A DNA stretch of 64,000 bases from Escherichia phage CMSTMSU, in sequence record MH494197.1, one strand, 5' to 3'. This document shows, one piece after another, positions 10,850 to 21,460 of this stretch (position 1 is the first letter of the stretch; each line of letters opens with the position of its first letter). The notes under the pieces are model-generated. The model was not told the origin of the DNA. It saw nothing but the letters and a program-made list of their open reading frames with translations, and made no database searches. Position numbers and translations under genes: made by a program.

Positions 10850-11955
10850 CTAATAGTTTACCAAGTTCAAAGAATGCAGCTTCAGCAGGAAGTCATAACC
10901 TTTCTCTTTGTAGTTATTCCATGCACTATCAAACTCGTCAACAAAACGGTTAGCATAATCTGGATTTTTAACTAATGCTTTATATACTGCCATTGCATGT
11001 TCAAAACCTTCTTTATCTGACCCAAACTCTTCCATCTCAGGACGATGAATGTATCCATCCATATCAACGGTATCAGGTAGATCTTCTTGCTCAGGCTCAA
11101 CATCTTTCTGTTCAACTGCACCTTCTTCATCTGCACGCTTTAGATAACCATCTGGTGTTACCTTCTCACCATGTTCGGCTTCATACTTTTTCATAGTGTT
11201 GAATGCAGCATCCATAGCTGTTACGAAGCGACTTTTCTCACCTTGTACATAAGATTTAAGTGCACTGTTAACTGCATCTGATACGAGCTTAACCTTATCG
11301 TCTTTACCTTCTAAACGGTTTTCAAGTTTAGCCAGTACATTCTTGACTTGCTGGGCATTAGCACGGTCTGCTTTACCAATACTATCAAAAGTTTTAAGAA
11401 TACCATCAAGACTTGCTTCACCCTGTTCAGGTTCTTTGGAATCTTCTTTGTGTGTACCTTCAAGTGCACGCATGATAGTACTGAATACTTCAGTAGGTTC
11501 AGTGCTCTTATTACCTTTCATTGCATCAAGTACAGCTTGTGCTTTACCTTTGAGTTCTTCTTTAGGAACTGCCTGTAGTGCTTTGACAATACCCTGAATC
11601 AACTGTGGTTTGTTAGCAAAGATCTTACCTAAGTTATCAGATAACTCTTTAACAGGGTTAGCTGCTTTAGGAGCTTCTGGTTTTGGTTCTTCTTTAGGAA
11701 CTGCTTGTTCTTTCTCAGCACGTTCCATATCAGCAAGGCGTTGTTTCTGTGTTGCGTTAAGAAGACCTAATGAGTTAACATAACGTAGCTTTTCTAGCTC
11801 AGTCATGTTCTCAGTACTCTTAACTTCACCTGCTTCTGCGTTTGCCTTACCAGCTAAACCTGTCCCTTGATTACGTGAACCACGTGACCCTGTCCTGCTT
11901 GGTAGCTATTTTGACGACGATTGCGTTCACTCCATTTATCAGAGTGACCTGCCAT
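10850..11955 (-). CDS. acidic charged protein (318 aa core), N-terminal extension frame-ambiguous
   Basis: intact ORF 10850..11806; Gly/Ser-rich upstream reading in two other frames (11807-11955) suggests a disrupted N-terminus. Confidence 0.6.
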
Positions 11956-12034
11956 GTTCCCGCCATTTTTATCAGTAAATTGACGGCATTTGATTTCTCT
12001 CCATAGATTTCATATTGTTTATTCTCTATGACTA

Positions 12035-12079
12035 TATTTATAGTATAAAGAAAAGGTTGACCGAAGTCAACCCTATTTT
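12035..12079 (-). promoter_or_regulatory. hairpin-promoter cassette
   Basis: GGTTGACTTCGGTCAACCTTTTCTTTATACT followed by TATAAATA. Confidence 0.5.
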
Positions 12080-12094
12080 CACTGTACTATACCA

Positions 12095-12421
12095 TTAGTA
12101 GTTACAGTCAGCTTTCGCTGTGAATGTTTTACTTTCTCCGCGTTGTGTGGTGATTCGTCCGAGTAAAGTAGTTTTGTCAATAGTCATTGTAGTTAGTACT
12201 GGAACATTACCTTCAAAGTCAATAGCTTTGAAATTGTAGGTGGTTTCATTCTCCACTACACTTGGACCAAAGAGTTCATATGTGTTGATTTCAAGTGTGT
12301 CACCATCCGAACGCATCAGTGTACAGTCCAGATTAGGAGTAGCCAGTACAGGGAAAGCCAAACACATCATCATTGCAATAATTAATTTCATTTCACTTCT
12401 CCTGTTTTTTCTTAGGATCAA
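12095..12421 (-). CDS. secreted/periplasmic protein
   Basis: 108-aa ORF with signal-peptide-like N-terminus MKLIIAMMMCLAFPVLA. Confidence 0.55.
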   Translation of the reverse strand: MILRKNRRSEMKLIIAMMMCLAFPVLATPNLDCTLMRSDGDTLEINTYELFGPSVVENETTYNFKAIDFEGNVPVLTTMTIDKTTLLGRITTQRGESKTFTAKADCNY

Positions 12422-12502
12422 CCAATGACCAAATGAAGAATCCGAGAATTACAAGTACCCACAGAATCATGATAAAGAAAGCAAACAGTACAATAGTATT
12501 TG

Positions 12503-12649
12503 TCAAAAGAAATACAATAGAATGTTCGACCCAATACTACATACAATCAATGCAGCTTCATGTTTAACAACACGAATGGCTGTAATGAGTGCGGGAAGAA
12601 ATCCGACAAATAACAGTACTAACGCATATAGTGATAATGTTTCAGCCAT
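12503..12649 (-). CDS. small membrane peptide (~48 aa)
   Basis: hand translation MAETLSLYALVLLFVGFLPALITA... Confidence 0.3.
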   Translation of the reverse strand: MAETLSLYALVLLFVGFLPALITAIRVVKHEAALIVCSIGSNILLYFF

Positions 12650-12657
12650 GATATCCC

Positions 12658-12771
12658 TTATTTGGTTTGTTCAGCACTAGGTGTATTGATATAGGTGTCA
12701 ATTGAATAACATACTGTACCCACTACAACAGCAGCGATTAGGGCAGCGATGATGAATTTAGTACCTTGCAT
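12658..12771 (-). CDS. small membrane peptide (~37 aa)
   Basis: hand translation MQGTKFIIAALIAAVVVGTVCYSIDTYINTPSAEQTK; directly after promoter cassette. Confidence 0.3.
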   Translation of the reverse strand: MQGTKFIIAALIAAVVVGTVCYSIDTYINTPSAEQTK

Positions 12772-12814
12772 AATTTAATACCTCACGTTGTTTGTATTTT
12801 GTATCACTTGATGA

Positions 12815-12857
12815 AAATATTATACGACAAAGGGCTGACCAAAGTCAACCCTTTTAA
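12815..12857 (-). promoter_or_regulatory. hairpin-embedded sigma-70 promoter
   Basis: GGGTTGACTTTGGTCAGCCCTTTGTCGTATAAT. Confidence 0.6.
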
Positions 12858-12936
12858 TTATTTTTAAACTTATGTTTTTCGCCTTCAATAGAGTTCACGA
12901 TGTCATCATGAATCTTGCGAAGGTTATGAGTTTTCT

Positions 12937-13239
12937 TTAGTGCTTCATGTAGTGCACGGAATGCTGCGTGTACTGTTGCCTTGAAGTGCTCTTTAGAGTC
13001 ACTTTAAGTTTCTCAATGATATCACGTACATAAATTGGATGTTCTTCAAATACACGATTCAATTCATGGCCTAGTGATTCTAAACTGAAAGCTTTTTCGC
13101 GTGAAGGACGATCATGTGCAAGACTTTGGTCAGGCTTTAGTAGACCTAGTGAATCAAGATACTTATGCTTATGTGCATTATCAATTCCAGAAATATCCAC
13201 ATCATGCGATGGATCTTTCTTATTCCATTTATCAACCAT
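12937..13239 (-). CDS. hypothetical protein
   Basis: 100-aa ORF. Confidence 0.45.
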   Translation of the reverse strand: MVDKWNKKDPSHDVDISGIDNAHKHKYLDSLGLLKPDQSLAHDRPSREKAFSLESLGHELNRVFEEHPIYVRDIIEKLKVTLKSTSRQQYTQHSVHYMKH

Positions 13240-13371
13240 TTCATACTCCTTAAAGAGATAAATTACTTTAATATTTATACTTCATGTGCTGTTTATTTCT
13301 ACAGACACTTAAGATTATATCACGTAAGAAATGGTTGTCCCAAAGTCAAATCAGTACTGTTTAAGTTCTGA

Positions 13372-13800
13372 ACTGAAGATAAAGGAATCCATATCTTCTA
13401 GTGTTAACTTCAAGTCCGGTGTGTACTTTAATATCACACATTCAGGTTTCTTAATGGCAGCTTGATAGGCAGCAATTGCCAACTGTTGAAGCTGCTCTGG
13501 CGTGTAGTTCATGCGTTCTGCATTGAATACGATGTTCTTAATATCACCACCGGCAGCTTCTCGAACTCACGCATAACAGCAGCCATCACATCATCAGATG
13601 TATTCTTATAAGCCCAATGAGGTAGTTGCATAACGTCATAAATCTCGCCATTGTCGTTCATAAGAGAGATCCATTTTTACCGTCCGATGAACTAAACAGA
13701 CGACCTTTAATAGCAATGTTCTCTACCAAATTAACAAAGGCAAATATGTCTTGCTCATTTAGCTCAATGCTATTAACGTTAATCCAACCCATACTACATC
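13372..13800 (-). CDS. hypothetical protein, frame-disrupted
   Basis: hand translation joins MGWINVNSIELNEQD... with ...GEIYDVMQLPHWAYKNTSDD... across a frame change. Confidence 0.35.
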
Positions 13801-13805
13801 TCCAG

Positions 13806-14240
13806 TTATAAATCACGAACGACATTCATTAAACACAATTTGGGCTTTATCGCATTCAAAACCCATATGCATTCTTTGTAAGTTGCTATTATAGCATCTA
13901 AATGCTCAGTTACAATGCTTTCTTGAAAATATTCTTCTTCATTGAGCTTTGCTAAATTAGTCACATCACATGTAGGTACTATAGTTCTGGATTGTACACC
14001 CATTCCATTATTGATATTGGTAAAATGTAAAATTTGTACTTCACCACACCGTTATCTACACTTATGATACATGTCAAATGTTCCAACTCAGTTAGTTCGG
14101 TATTACAAGTGACATGGATGAATCCAGCATTATAGGCTCTATAATCATCTACTAATATCTCAAAATCATTACGTTCAAATATAAGTGAAATGAGTTTGTC
14201 TTGTGGTTTAACCTTCTGAAATTTTAACGAATTTACGTAT
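13806..14240 (-). CDS. FQxS-motif family protein, frame-disrupted
   Basis: ORF 13806..14003 carries NEEEYFQESIV; upstream reading continues in another frame. Confidence 0.4.
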
Positions 14241-14375
14241 GATACTTTAATCTTAGATGAAATTATCTTTTACTAAGTGCAGTTAATTCTTCTTTAGCCT
14301 TAAAAGTTAAAGTTATAGGTCTAAATCTAGAACTTTTGTTCTTCTTTGATACTTTGAACTTACCTTTTCTATTCA

Positions 14376-14666
14376 TTAATTAAACCCCACATAAAGTAAA
14401 AGGGATGGCATATTACCAACCCTATATCTTTTATTTTTAATAGATTCATAAAGCAGAAACAACCAAATAAACATTGATGAACAAACTACTACTGGGATTA
14501 ATGTAAATTCAGTAAAGAATAAAAGTATTCCATAAGTTAGTATGCAACATAAGTTTACGTACATAATTGCTTCTGCATTTTTATTTTTCATTTTATATGC
14601 AATGAATGTTGGTGACCACATTACCAAAAATGCAAACAACGCACATATGATGATTATAGTTTCCAT
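14376..14666 (-). CDS. membrane protein
   Basis: 96-aa hydrophobic ORF. Confidence 0.45.
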   Translation of the reverse strand: METIIIICALFAFLVMWSPTFIAYKMKNKNAEAIMYVNLCCILTYGILLFFTEFTLIPVVVCSSMFIWLFLLYESIKNKRYRVGNMPSLLLYVGFN

Positions 14667-14746
14667 ATTACACCTCCGTAAAATAATGTTCTGTACTGCT
14701 ATTATTTACAGAGAATATCTGAAAAATTGATCTGATCAATTTTTAG

Positions 14747-14959
14747 TCACTTTACAATTTGAATCTTTTTGTACTGAACAATCACATTGTTCTTAAGGAA
14801 GATGATGGTCCCATAGGAACCTTGGGCTGCAACTTCAACAATATGGTTCTTATATGTTTCAGTATATCCTTCCATCTCGTTGATACACACTACATGATAC
14901 TTTGGTTTAGCACATACAACAGTACTCAAGAATAGCAGTACTAGTACTAGATATTTCAT
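14747..14959 (-). CDS. secreted small protein
   Basis: 70-aa ORF with signal peptide MKYLVLVLLFLSTVVCA. Confidence 0.5.
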   Translation of the reverse strand: MKYLVLVLLFLSTVVCAKPKYHVVCINEMEGYTETYKNHIVEVAAQGSYGTIIFLKNNVIVQYKKIQIVK

Positions 14960-15009
14960 TTTATTACCTTATAAACAAGAACAGGAATCCTTTTACGGAT
15001 TCCTATAAT

Positions 15010-15303
15010 TTAGTCCTTTAATGTACCATTGTGTAAACGATTATACACATCATTGCGACGCAACTCAACAATATCTTCAGCGTACTTCATTGTAAACGCC
15101 CATGCTTTTGGATGCACATTAAGCTTCATACGAATGCGATTCTTCATCAATTCACCGCTTAGGCGAACAAACTCATGAACACCACGACTTCCGTACTCTG
15201 AAATCAAATCATTGATGTACATGTTGCGAAGGGTTTCGTCTGTACATTCTTTAACCATTTCTACGTCTGCCACGATGCTTGCATTTACTGAAGTACTGAT
15301 CAT
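15010..15303 (-). CDS. hypothetical protein
   Basis: 97-aa ORF. Confidence 0.5.
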   Translation of the reverse strand: MISTSVNASIVADVEMVKECTDETLRNMYINDLISEYGSRGVHEFVRLSGELMKNRIRMKLNVHPKAWAFTMKYAEDIVELRRNDVYNRLHNGTLKD

Positions 15304-15349
15304 TTTAAGTTACCTTATTTGAATTGGACTGTAATTTTATCACCTTCAA

Positions 15350-15577
15350 CTACGAACTTACAGTCGTAGCGACGGCCATATCCATGTACATATGCTCAGA
15401 ATACCACGGAACATCAATCTCAGGATGCTCTGCGTATTGTAGCACTTCACGGTCACCAACAGTAGTGATGACAAAGGAATGTTCATCTCTCGCAAAACAA
15501 CTCAGCACCGGTGAACGATTGACAAACTCAGTGTCGTTACGCAAAGTAAAACCATTGTATTGTAATTTAAGCTTCAT
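15350..15577 (-). CDS. hypothetical protein
   Basis: 75-aa ORF. Confidence 0.45.
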   Translation of the reverse strand: MKLKLQYNGFTLRNDTEFVNRSPVLSCFARDEHSFVITTVGDREVLQYAEHPEIDVPWYSEHMYMDMAVATTVSS

Positions 15578-15591
15578 GATTATCCTCTAAG

Positions 15592-15840
15592 TTAATACCA
15601 TTCTTTTAAACCATCAAGTTCGGCTATGTGAGTAATTATAACACAGATAACACTCAGGTCAAGCATTATTTGCTCATAATTTAATTTTATTCTATCATCA
15701 TTGTATGCTCGAAAAACAACATCAAAGTCAAAGTAGTTATCGTTTTCATCATTCATTGGAATGATTCTATATCTACGTCTACCATCATCATTGAATACAG
15801 TCAAACACTGTTTGAATTTCTTCATTAACTGTGTAGTCAA
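15592..15840 (-). CDS. hypothetical protein
   Basis: 82-aa ORF. Confidence 0.45.
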   Translation of the reverse strand: MTTQLMKKFKQCLTVFNDDGRRRYRIIPMNDENDNYFDFDVVFRAYNDDRIKLNYEQIMLDLSVICVIITHIAELDGLKEWY

Positions 15841-15927
15841 TGCATTGTAATATGCAACATCATATTGTGTACAACGTGGGTCATTGGGTAGATAAAACGA
15901 TACAAATTTTTTAATTCTATTTGAGTC

Positions 15928-16245
15928 TTATCCATATACAGCCTCATGTATTACTCTTTTACTTTGGCGGTACTCATCCTTTGCTTCTTTCACTGACATG
16001 ATACGAACCAGTTTAGCACTACCACAATAGTACTGAACCTGACTACGACCAATGTCAACATGACTATCAGGAACTTCATATACTGATACAGCAAACCCTG
16101 CACGATGTAATTTACCCAAGTCCATAGTAAAGAACTTAAACAAATCATTCAAACTCTGACAGCCAAATGCCCAGCCACGTTTGATTGAATAGATTCCATC
16201 TTCAGTTGGTTCTGGTTGGAATTGCGAAGGCGTGGTCATGCACAA
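15928..16245 (-). CDS. hypothetical protein
   Basis: 105-aa ORF. Confidence 0.5.
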   Translation of the reverse strand: MCMTTPSQFQPEPTEDGIYSIKRGWAFGCQSLNDLFKFFTMDLGKLHRAGFAVSVYEVPDSHVDIGRSQVQYYCGSAKLVRIMSVKEAKDEYRQSKRVIHEAVYG

Positions 16246-16391
16246 ACGGTCAAATCCATTTTTAGTACTGTATCGTGAAGAGTACCGTGCGAACGGACCT
16301 ACTGTTTTGCTGGATCTAAGTTAGGTTCAATATAACTGAATTTAAGTTCAAAACGATATACGTACATAATTAAAATCCCAGTATTTGATGA

Positions 16392-16434
16392 AATAATTAT
16401 AACAAAAAGGCTGACCGAAGTCAACCTTTATTTT
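16392..16434 (-). promoter_or_regulatory. hairpin-embedded sigma-70 promoter
   Basis: AAGGTTGACTTCGGTCAGCCTTTTTGTTATAAT. Confidence 0.6.
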
Positions 16435-16642
16435 GAAGTTCTTGAACTAATTGTCGTACTTCTTTGATGTTACGACACTGCTTTACAGTGAAGTAATCAT
16501 ACTTACGACCATAGGTTCTTGGATCATCACCTTCCATATACTGCTGCACATCAAAGATTTGTAAGTAGGGATGCTGCATAACACGAATGTTACCACATTG
16601 ATAAATCAACATATGTTTAGTCCTCATATTTACACAAGCCAC
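16421..16642 (-). CDS. hypothetical protein
   Basis: 73-aa ORF. Confidence 0.4.
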   Translation of the reverse strand: MACVNMRTKHMLIYQCGNIRVMQHPYLQIFDVQQYMEGDDPRTYGRKYDYFTVKQCRNIKEVRQLVQELQNKG

Positions 16643-16965
16643 CGAATGTTGCCTGTTTTGCTGCCTTACGCATCATCACAAGTTTAACATACTGTTCGCC
16701 ATTACTATCTTCATATACATCAACTTGAAGAAATGCAAGCATATTGGGATCAGTATCGTTCGAGTACTGCGTAAAACTAATGTCACCTACGGTATGTTCT
16801 TTAACAAAATTATACACTTCACCGTCGATATAAACGATAGTATGGTCATCGCTATCACCTTGGTAAATGTGTTTAATATCACCTTCAGTACAGACTAGTC
16901 CGTAATGGTTCTGCATAAGACATACCACATATAATCATACAAACAAAAACAAAATTACTTTCATG
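16617..16965 (-). CDS. secreted protein, frame-disrupted at N-terminus
   Basis: signal-like MKVILFLFV... in one frame, body (ORF 16617..16928) in another. Confidence 0.4.
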
Positions 16966-17018
16966 ATTTGTTTCCTTTGGATAAAATGGATTTCTTCACT
17001 TTGTACTGCTTGTAGTTA

Positions 17019-17342
17019 TTATACCAAACATCGGTTACATAAATCAAGTACCAAAGTGATGGATATAATGATAGACCAATAAAACTGAAAAATACTTGTA
17101 TTAATAAAACCAATACAGTGCAGTGTAAATGCAACGATTAGAATACCAATCGTAATCATACTAGCTGAATATGGTACACTATCAGATGCGAACCATGAAT
17201 CAACCTTACTAATTAAAGTATACTTTCCAGTACTGACAGCATAAACAATTGCTGCTATACCAAATAATGCCATTGAAATAGTTATTACTGAGTTAATAAG
17301 AATCGGAGTAATTAATACATAAAGCATTACATCGTTTATCAT
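17019..17342 (-). CDS. membrane protein
   Basis: 107-aa hydrophobic ORF. Confidence 0.45.
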   Translation of the reverse strand: MINDVMLYVLITPILINSVITISMALFGIAAIVYAVSTGKYTLISKVDSWFASDSVPYSASMITIGILIVAFTLHCIGFINTSIFQFYWSIIISITLVLDLCNRCLV

Positions 17343-17525
17343 TTGTTATACCTTACAGTTCACAATGAATATTCAATTTATCAATGTCCTGATCGCGTTT
17401 ATTCGACGAATCTTGATAAATGACTATGTAAATATCCCCATCCTTTGTCTTGGGGTCCACTATCAATATTACATTTGCTATTATACCAGCATCTGATTTA
17501 TATGTCGATACCTTTTTATTCCCAA

Positions 17526-17747
17526 TCAAACTCTCGGCCTGAAACGGTAAACCTCATCATCTACGACAATATTGTTTCCATTTTGTGGGTCATTAGAAAG
17601 TACATGCCATGTTCCATCGTTTCCCATACAATCAAGGTAAGCAGGTACGGCTGTACTGAACCTTGAATAAAGCATGAATACTACAAACACCATTATCATT
17701 CTTATATATTTTTTCATTATAACCTCTAACGAGCAATACTTCTGCAC
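17526..17747 (-). CDS. secreted small protein
   Basis: 73-aa ORF with signal-like N-terminus. Confidence 0.4.
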   Translation of the reverse strand: MQKYCSLEVIMKKYIRMIMVFVVFMLYSRFSTAVPAYLDCMGNDGTWHVLSNDPQNGNNIVVDDEVYRFRPRV

Positions 17748-17794
17748 ATATTATTTGTACAGAAGTATTTAATACTATTAGAGACTTTTGAACG

Positions 17795-18121
17795 TTACTT
17801 CTTACTAGTTAGTTTATCTTTCAAGATATCAACCCAAATGGAAACTTTACCAGCAAACAATGCATTAGTAAACCATACAATACCAACAATGTTCTCAACT
17901 AAATTCATAATTGAAACAAATGGTCCAATTGGTAATACAAAACTTACTAACCATGACAGTACTGAAATAAGTACTACAACGAAGAAGATTCGTGCAATGG
18001 GTGAGTCTAACATAAACAACTCACGAAACTCATCACGCTCGGTTTCGTCTTTAATGAAGAATTCGAAAACCATAACCCATAACAGAATTAGAGCAGGAAT
18101 TGAAATTAGAACTGATAACAT
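17795..18121 (-). CDS. membrane protein
   Basis: 108-aa hydrophobic ORF. Confidence 0.45.
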   Translation of the reverse strand: MLSVLISIPALILLWVMVFEFFIKDETERDEFRELFMLDSPIARIFFVVVLISVLSWLVSFVLPIGPFVSIMNLVENIVGIVWFTNALFAGKVSIWVDILKDKLTSKK

Positions 18122-18168
18122 GTTTTATATCCTCAAGTTTAAGTGTTAAGTTTCAGACTACAAGAACC

Positions 18169-18196
18169 ATTATACAGTACTACAAACGTTTGTCAA
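18169..18196 (-). promoter_or_regulatory. sigma-70 promoter, TTGACA-N16-TATAAT
   Basis: TTGACAaacgtttgtagtactgTATAATg. Confidence 0.6.
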
Positions 18197-18422
18197 CAGG
18201 TTTTTCTTCAATAAGCATAAGATAACTGAAGACGAATAGTAATACAGATGCCATGTCAATAACCGTAAAGTTCACGGGAATGATAATAGACACTAGAACG
18301 AGTGCCACGTTTAGCAAGAATACCGTAGTGATATCCACCAGCTTTCGTTTAGTGGCTACTGCTACTAGTGTAGGGTAGAACATAAACAATAATGCGACTA
18401 CAAAACTCAATACTAGATACAT
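18180..18422 (-). CDS. membrane protein
   Basis: 80-aa hydrophobic ORF. Confidence 0.4.
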   Translation of the reverse strand: MYLVLSFVVALLFMFYPTLVAVATKRKLVDITTVFLLNVALVLVSIIIPVNFTVIDMASVLLFVFSYLMLIEEKPVDKRL

Positions 18423-18804
18423 TTCTTTTCACCTTAAGAAAATTATAACATAAAACAACCTCAACATCTGGCTCATCATACAAGTACTCAAAGCGTTCTT
18501 TACTACGCTTAGTACCGATGTACTCACCATTCTTATGCCAACGCCACCCACCACTCTCTGGTTGGTCAGACTTCAGTACTGGATGATAGCACAAGACAAT
18601 TTCTTCTGGACCTTCAATAAGGTTCTTGTACTTCGTCAAAATCTGTTCAAGCGTATCTGCTACACCATAAGATGGGTGCATAAGATAAGACTCAGGGCGT
18701 GCACGACCACTTGGTAGAATGTCATCAGTACTATTAAAGATAGCACGGAAGTCTTCTGACGTGTATAAACTTCCATCTTCATGGATCATGGGATACTCAT
18801 CCAC
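18349..18804 (-). CDS. hypothetical protein (151 aa)
   Basis: long ORF; C-terminal ~25 codons overlap ORF 18180..18422 and may be a frame artefact. Confidence 0.5.
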   Translation of the reverse strand: MDEYPMIHEDGSLYTSEDFRAIFNSTDDILPSGRARPESYLMHPSYGVADTLEQILTKYKNLIEGPEEIVLCYHPVLKSDQPESGGWRWHKNGEYIGTKRSKERFEYLYDEPDVEVVLCYNFLKVKRNVSSIEFCSRIIVYVLPYTSSSSH

Positions 18805-19310
18805 TACATCATAATCAGTGAAGTGTTCAATCGCATGTCCGGTCTGTAACCTGCGAGGATACCTGTATGTTTCGTCTGTACAATAGTCATAACAGATGTA
18901 CTATTGTTTACATTAGGATCATGAATTTCAGCCCAAAAGGATGATGAGGATCAAATGTAGCATTAACTAAAGTACAATCACCAATGTAGTCGAAATTAGT
19001 TTCTTTAAAGTTTAAAGAAACACCACGCAATGCCCAATCAGGAGAAGTGATGAAATTAAGATTAACTAACATAGTATCCTCAGTTGCGGTTGTTTTGATA
19101 CAGTTATTATATCAAAGACGTGTCAATTTGTACAACATTTATTGTAACTATTTCGTACATAAAATCAATTGCATTGAACTCTGCATACCACTCTACAATC
19201 TCACAAGCAGCATCAACTTGGTTTTCGCATTAACACGTCTGGCATAGGTGCTGCTCATTTTGAATCTACCATATTCATAGACATTGTAGACACCATGACA
19301 CCACCACATT

Positions 19311-19529
19311 TTAGTCATTAATGCTAGGCCATACAGTGAATTGTAAGTTCTGGTATTCGAATTTACCAATATCATTCTTCTTACGGAATGATTCTTCAAC
19401 CTGAATTTCTGCGTCGTACTGACCATCGGCCTTTACTACGTACTTAAAATTTTCTACATGTGAAAAACGATACCCGTCTCCGTCTTGCTTGGATACTTGA
19501 ACTGACCCTTCAACTAGATATAAATTCAT
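19311..19529 (-). CDS. hypothetical protein
   Basis: 72-aa ORF. Confidence 0.4.
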   Translation of the reverse strand: MNLYLVEGSVQVSKQDGDGYRFSHVENFKYVVKADGQYDAEIQVEESFRKKNDIGKFEYQNLQFTVWPSIND

Positions 19530-19558
19530 TTGTCATTCTCCATCATATTCAGTGAGTA

Positions 19559-19753
19559 TTACACTATGTACTGTTTCAACATAGCGTTGTGTTTTGGTGT
19601 GTTGTACTTAGTTACTTCATCAAACAATTTAAATAGTGCATGTGTTGGACTTAATGCACGAACAAACACATCAATCTTCTGTACTTCTTTCTTATAGCCA
19701 CGTACATTATTAAACTCAGACACATGCTCATAAACAATGTAGTAACGATTCAT
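19559..19753 (-). CDS. hypothetical protein
   Basis: 64-aa ORF. Confidence 0.4.
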   Translation of the reverse strand: MNRYYIVYEHVSEFNNVRGYKKEVQKIDVFVRALSPTHALFKLFDEVTKYNTPKHNAMLKQYIV

Positions 19754-20007
19754 ATATTAAGTAGTTCCATAAATTCATCGATCAAGGAAGTTCTAATGCA
19801 CATAACAAATTCAAAATCAACATCGATAGTATCGAGTAGTTTGAACAACTTTGGTACATTTGGGTCATTCAACTGGAAGTTATGAATCAAGCTCTGTTGA
19901 AACACACTTTCTTCAGTACTGTAATCAATAACAAAATATTCAGCTACACGGTGGTGAATAAACATCATATAATATCTGACGTTTATTGTGTGTTTCTGAA
20001 CCGACAA
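19750..20007 (-). CDS. FQxS-motif family protein
   Basis: motif TEESVFQQSLIHNF. Confidence 0.5.
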   Translation of the reverse strand: MSVQKHTINVRYYMMFIHHRVAEYFVIDYSTEESVFQQSLIHNFQLNDPNVPKLFKLLDTIDVDFEFVMCIRTSLIDEFMELLNI

Positions 20008-20261
20008 TATATAAGTTCTATTTCATACGAACCTGCCGAGGATCTATCATAAAACACAATTTCAGTACTGATTATTTCACTACCATCACTTCGTTCATGA
20101 AAACATACATCGGCATATCGTTTACCATTGGGCTTCAAAATCTCATGAGTTGTTTTACCATAACATTTATCAGTTTCAATGTGAATTTTGTCTTGATATT
20201 CAGAACGTCTTACATCATTTCCACGATTAAACAATAAGATCAACAACTCATTAATATCCAT
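19983..20261 (-). CDS. hypothetical protein
   Basis: 92-aa ORF. Confidence 0.45.
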   Translation of the reverse strand: MDINELLILLFNRGNDVRRSEYQDKIHIETDKCYGKTTHEILKPNGKRYADVCFHERSDGSEIISTEIVFYDRSSAGSYEIELIYCRFRNTQ

Positions 20262-20515
20262 TATTTCGCCTCGATAACCTTAAGGTTAACAAAATCACCT
20301 TTTACTTTCATGCATTTGAATTCAGTGCGAGTTTCATCCCCACTATCGCGAGGCCAATGAGTAGCAGAGTAGCACTGGTCAGGCGTTTTATATACACCTT
20401 CACCAATAGTACGAGTGATCTCACCATTGGTGAGAACTACTGCGAGATATAAAGTAAGCATGGGAATTCCTATAAAATTTATTAATAATAATAGCACCCA
20501 AACCAAGTACTGCAA
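20261..20515 (-). CDS. membrane/secreted protein
   Basis: 84-aa ORF, hydrophobic N-terminus. Confidence 0.4.
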   Translation of the reverse strand: MQYLVWVLLLLINFIGIPMLTLYLAVVLTNGEITRTIGEGVYKTPDQCYSATHWPRDSGDETRTEFKCMKVKGDFVNLKVIEAK

Positions 20516-20610
20516 TAATTGAAGATACCCACATTACCGCATTCACTGCACCAGTAAGTTCTTTATCAAACTCCTGCACTTCTTGCGGTAATCTTCCCAC
20601 TCTTTGTTAT

Positions 20611-20826
20611 TCACACTGCCACTCCTAATAGGTCGGTAGCTTTCTTCAGTACTACGTCAATTGTTTCCAGTACTGCACCTTTGTGTTCAATTGATACAAT
20701 ATTATTATAAGTATCAAGGTCCAAGTACTCCATGTATTCAGTTTTGAATACACGAACATCAGTACTAGTGATTTTAATATCACAACCTTTATCCCAAATA
20801 ACCTGCATCATTTCATTGGTAGTCAT
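20611..20826 (-). CDS. hypothetical protein
   Basis: 71-aa ORF. Confidence 0.4.
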   Translation of the reverse strand: MTTNEMMQVIWDKGCDIKITSTDVRVFKTEYMEYLDLDTYNNIVSIEHKGAVLETIDVVLKKATDLLGVAV

Positions 20827-21083
20827 TATTCAACCTTATCATAAACAAGTTTGTGTGTGCTTAGTACTTTGTTGAGATGTCGGGCATTCATATACATACA
20901 ATCGCTCTGACGTTTTTCCCAACCACCACAGATACGACCTGATTGTGTACATATTTCATACTCGTTAATAAAAGACTTACCTGTGAATGTACAATCCTGA
21001 CGAACTAAGTCTTTTGCACTAAACCTGCCGTCATCATTACATGCTGTAAGAAACATTGTACAGAATACAAAGACCACAGTCAA
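20826..21083 (-). CDS. putative lipoprotein
   Basis: N-terminal MTVVFVFCTMFLTAC lipobox-like. Confidence 0.5.
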   Translation of the reverse strand: MTVVFVFCTMFLTACNDDGRFSAKDLVRQDCTFTGKSFINEYEICTQSGRICGGWEKRQSDCMYMNARHLNKVLSTHKLVYDKVE

Positions 21084-21460
21084 TAGTTTTTAATCATTGA
21101 ACATCACCCCAACGGAAGCCCTTCATATAATTCAAATTCACCTCAACTAGTTCATGTGTTTTGTACACCAAATTGAGAGAGTTTTTGTAACATCACCGGT
21201 TCAGATTCATAATTCACACAATACCCTTCGATTCGGAGAACATTGTTAGTCCATGACTCCACTCAATCCAAATTTCATTTGGATAATAAACCATATCTTC
21301 GTTGAACGTATGGAATTGGTCCATTGGTAAGTGACCTTCAACTTCAATTACTTCAGCACTTCGTGCCAGTTTTCAAGCTTGTACTTTATTTCAGCAAGAA
21401 ATTCTTCATTATTCAGACGAGTTAAATCACCTGCTACACGTGTTGTATCAAGGCTCATTG

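Noticed and set aside
1876-11597. Plus-strand ORFs overlapping minus-strand genes (for example 1876..2070, 3375..3572, 9766..10083, 10975..11196, 11343..11597)
   Set aside because: They lie antisense to better-supported minus-strand genes, lack RBS context and have low-complexity or hydrophobic translations typical of shadow ORFs.
12035-12042. T4-type late promoter TATAAATA upstream of the 318-aa gene
   Set aside because: Single occurrence in AT-rich DNA that also overlaps a sigma-70-type cassette; no recurring TATAAATA set was seen.
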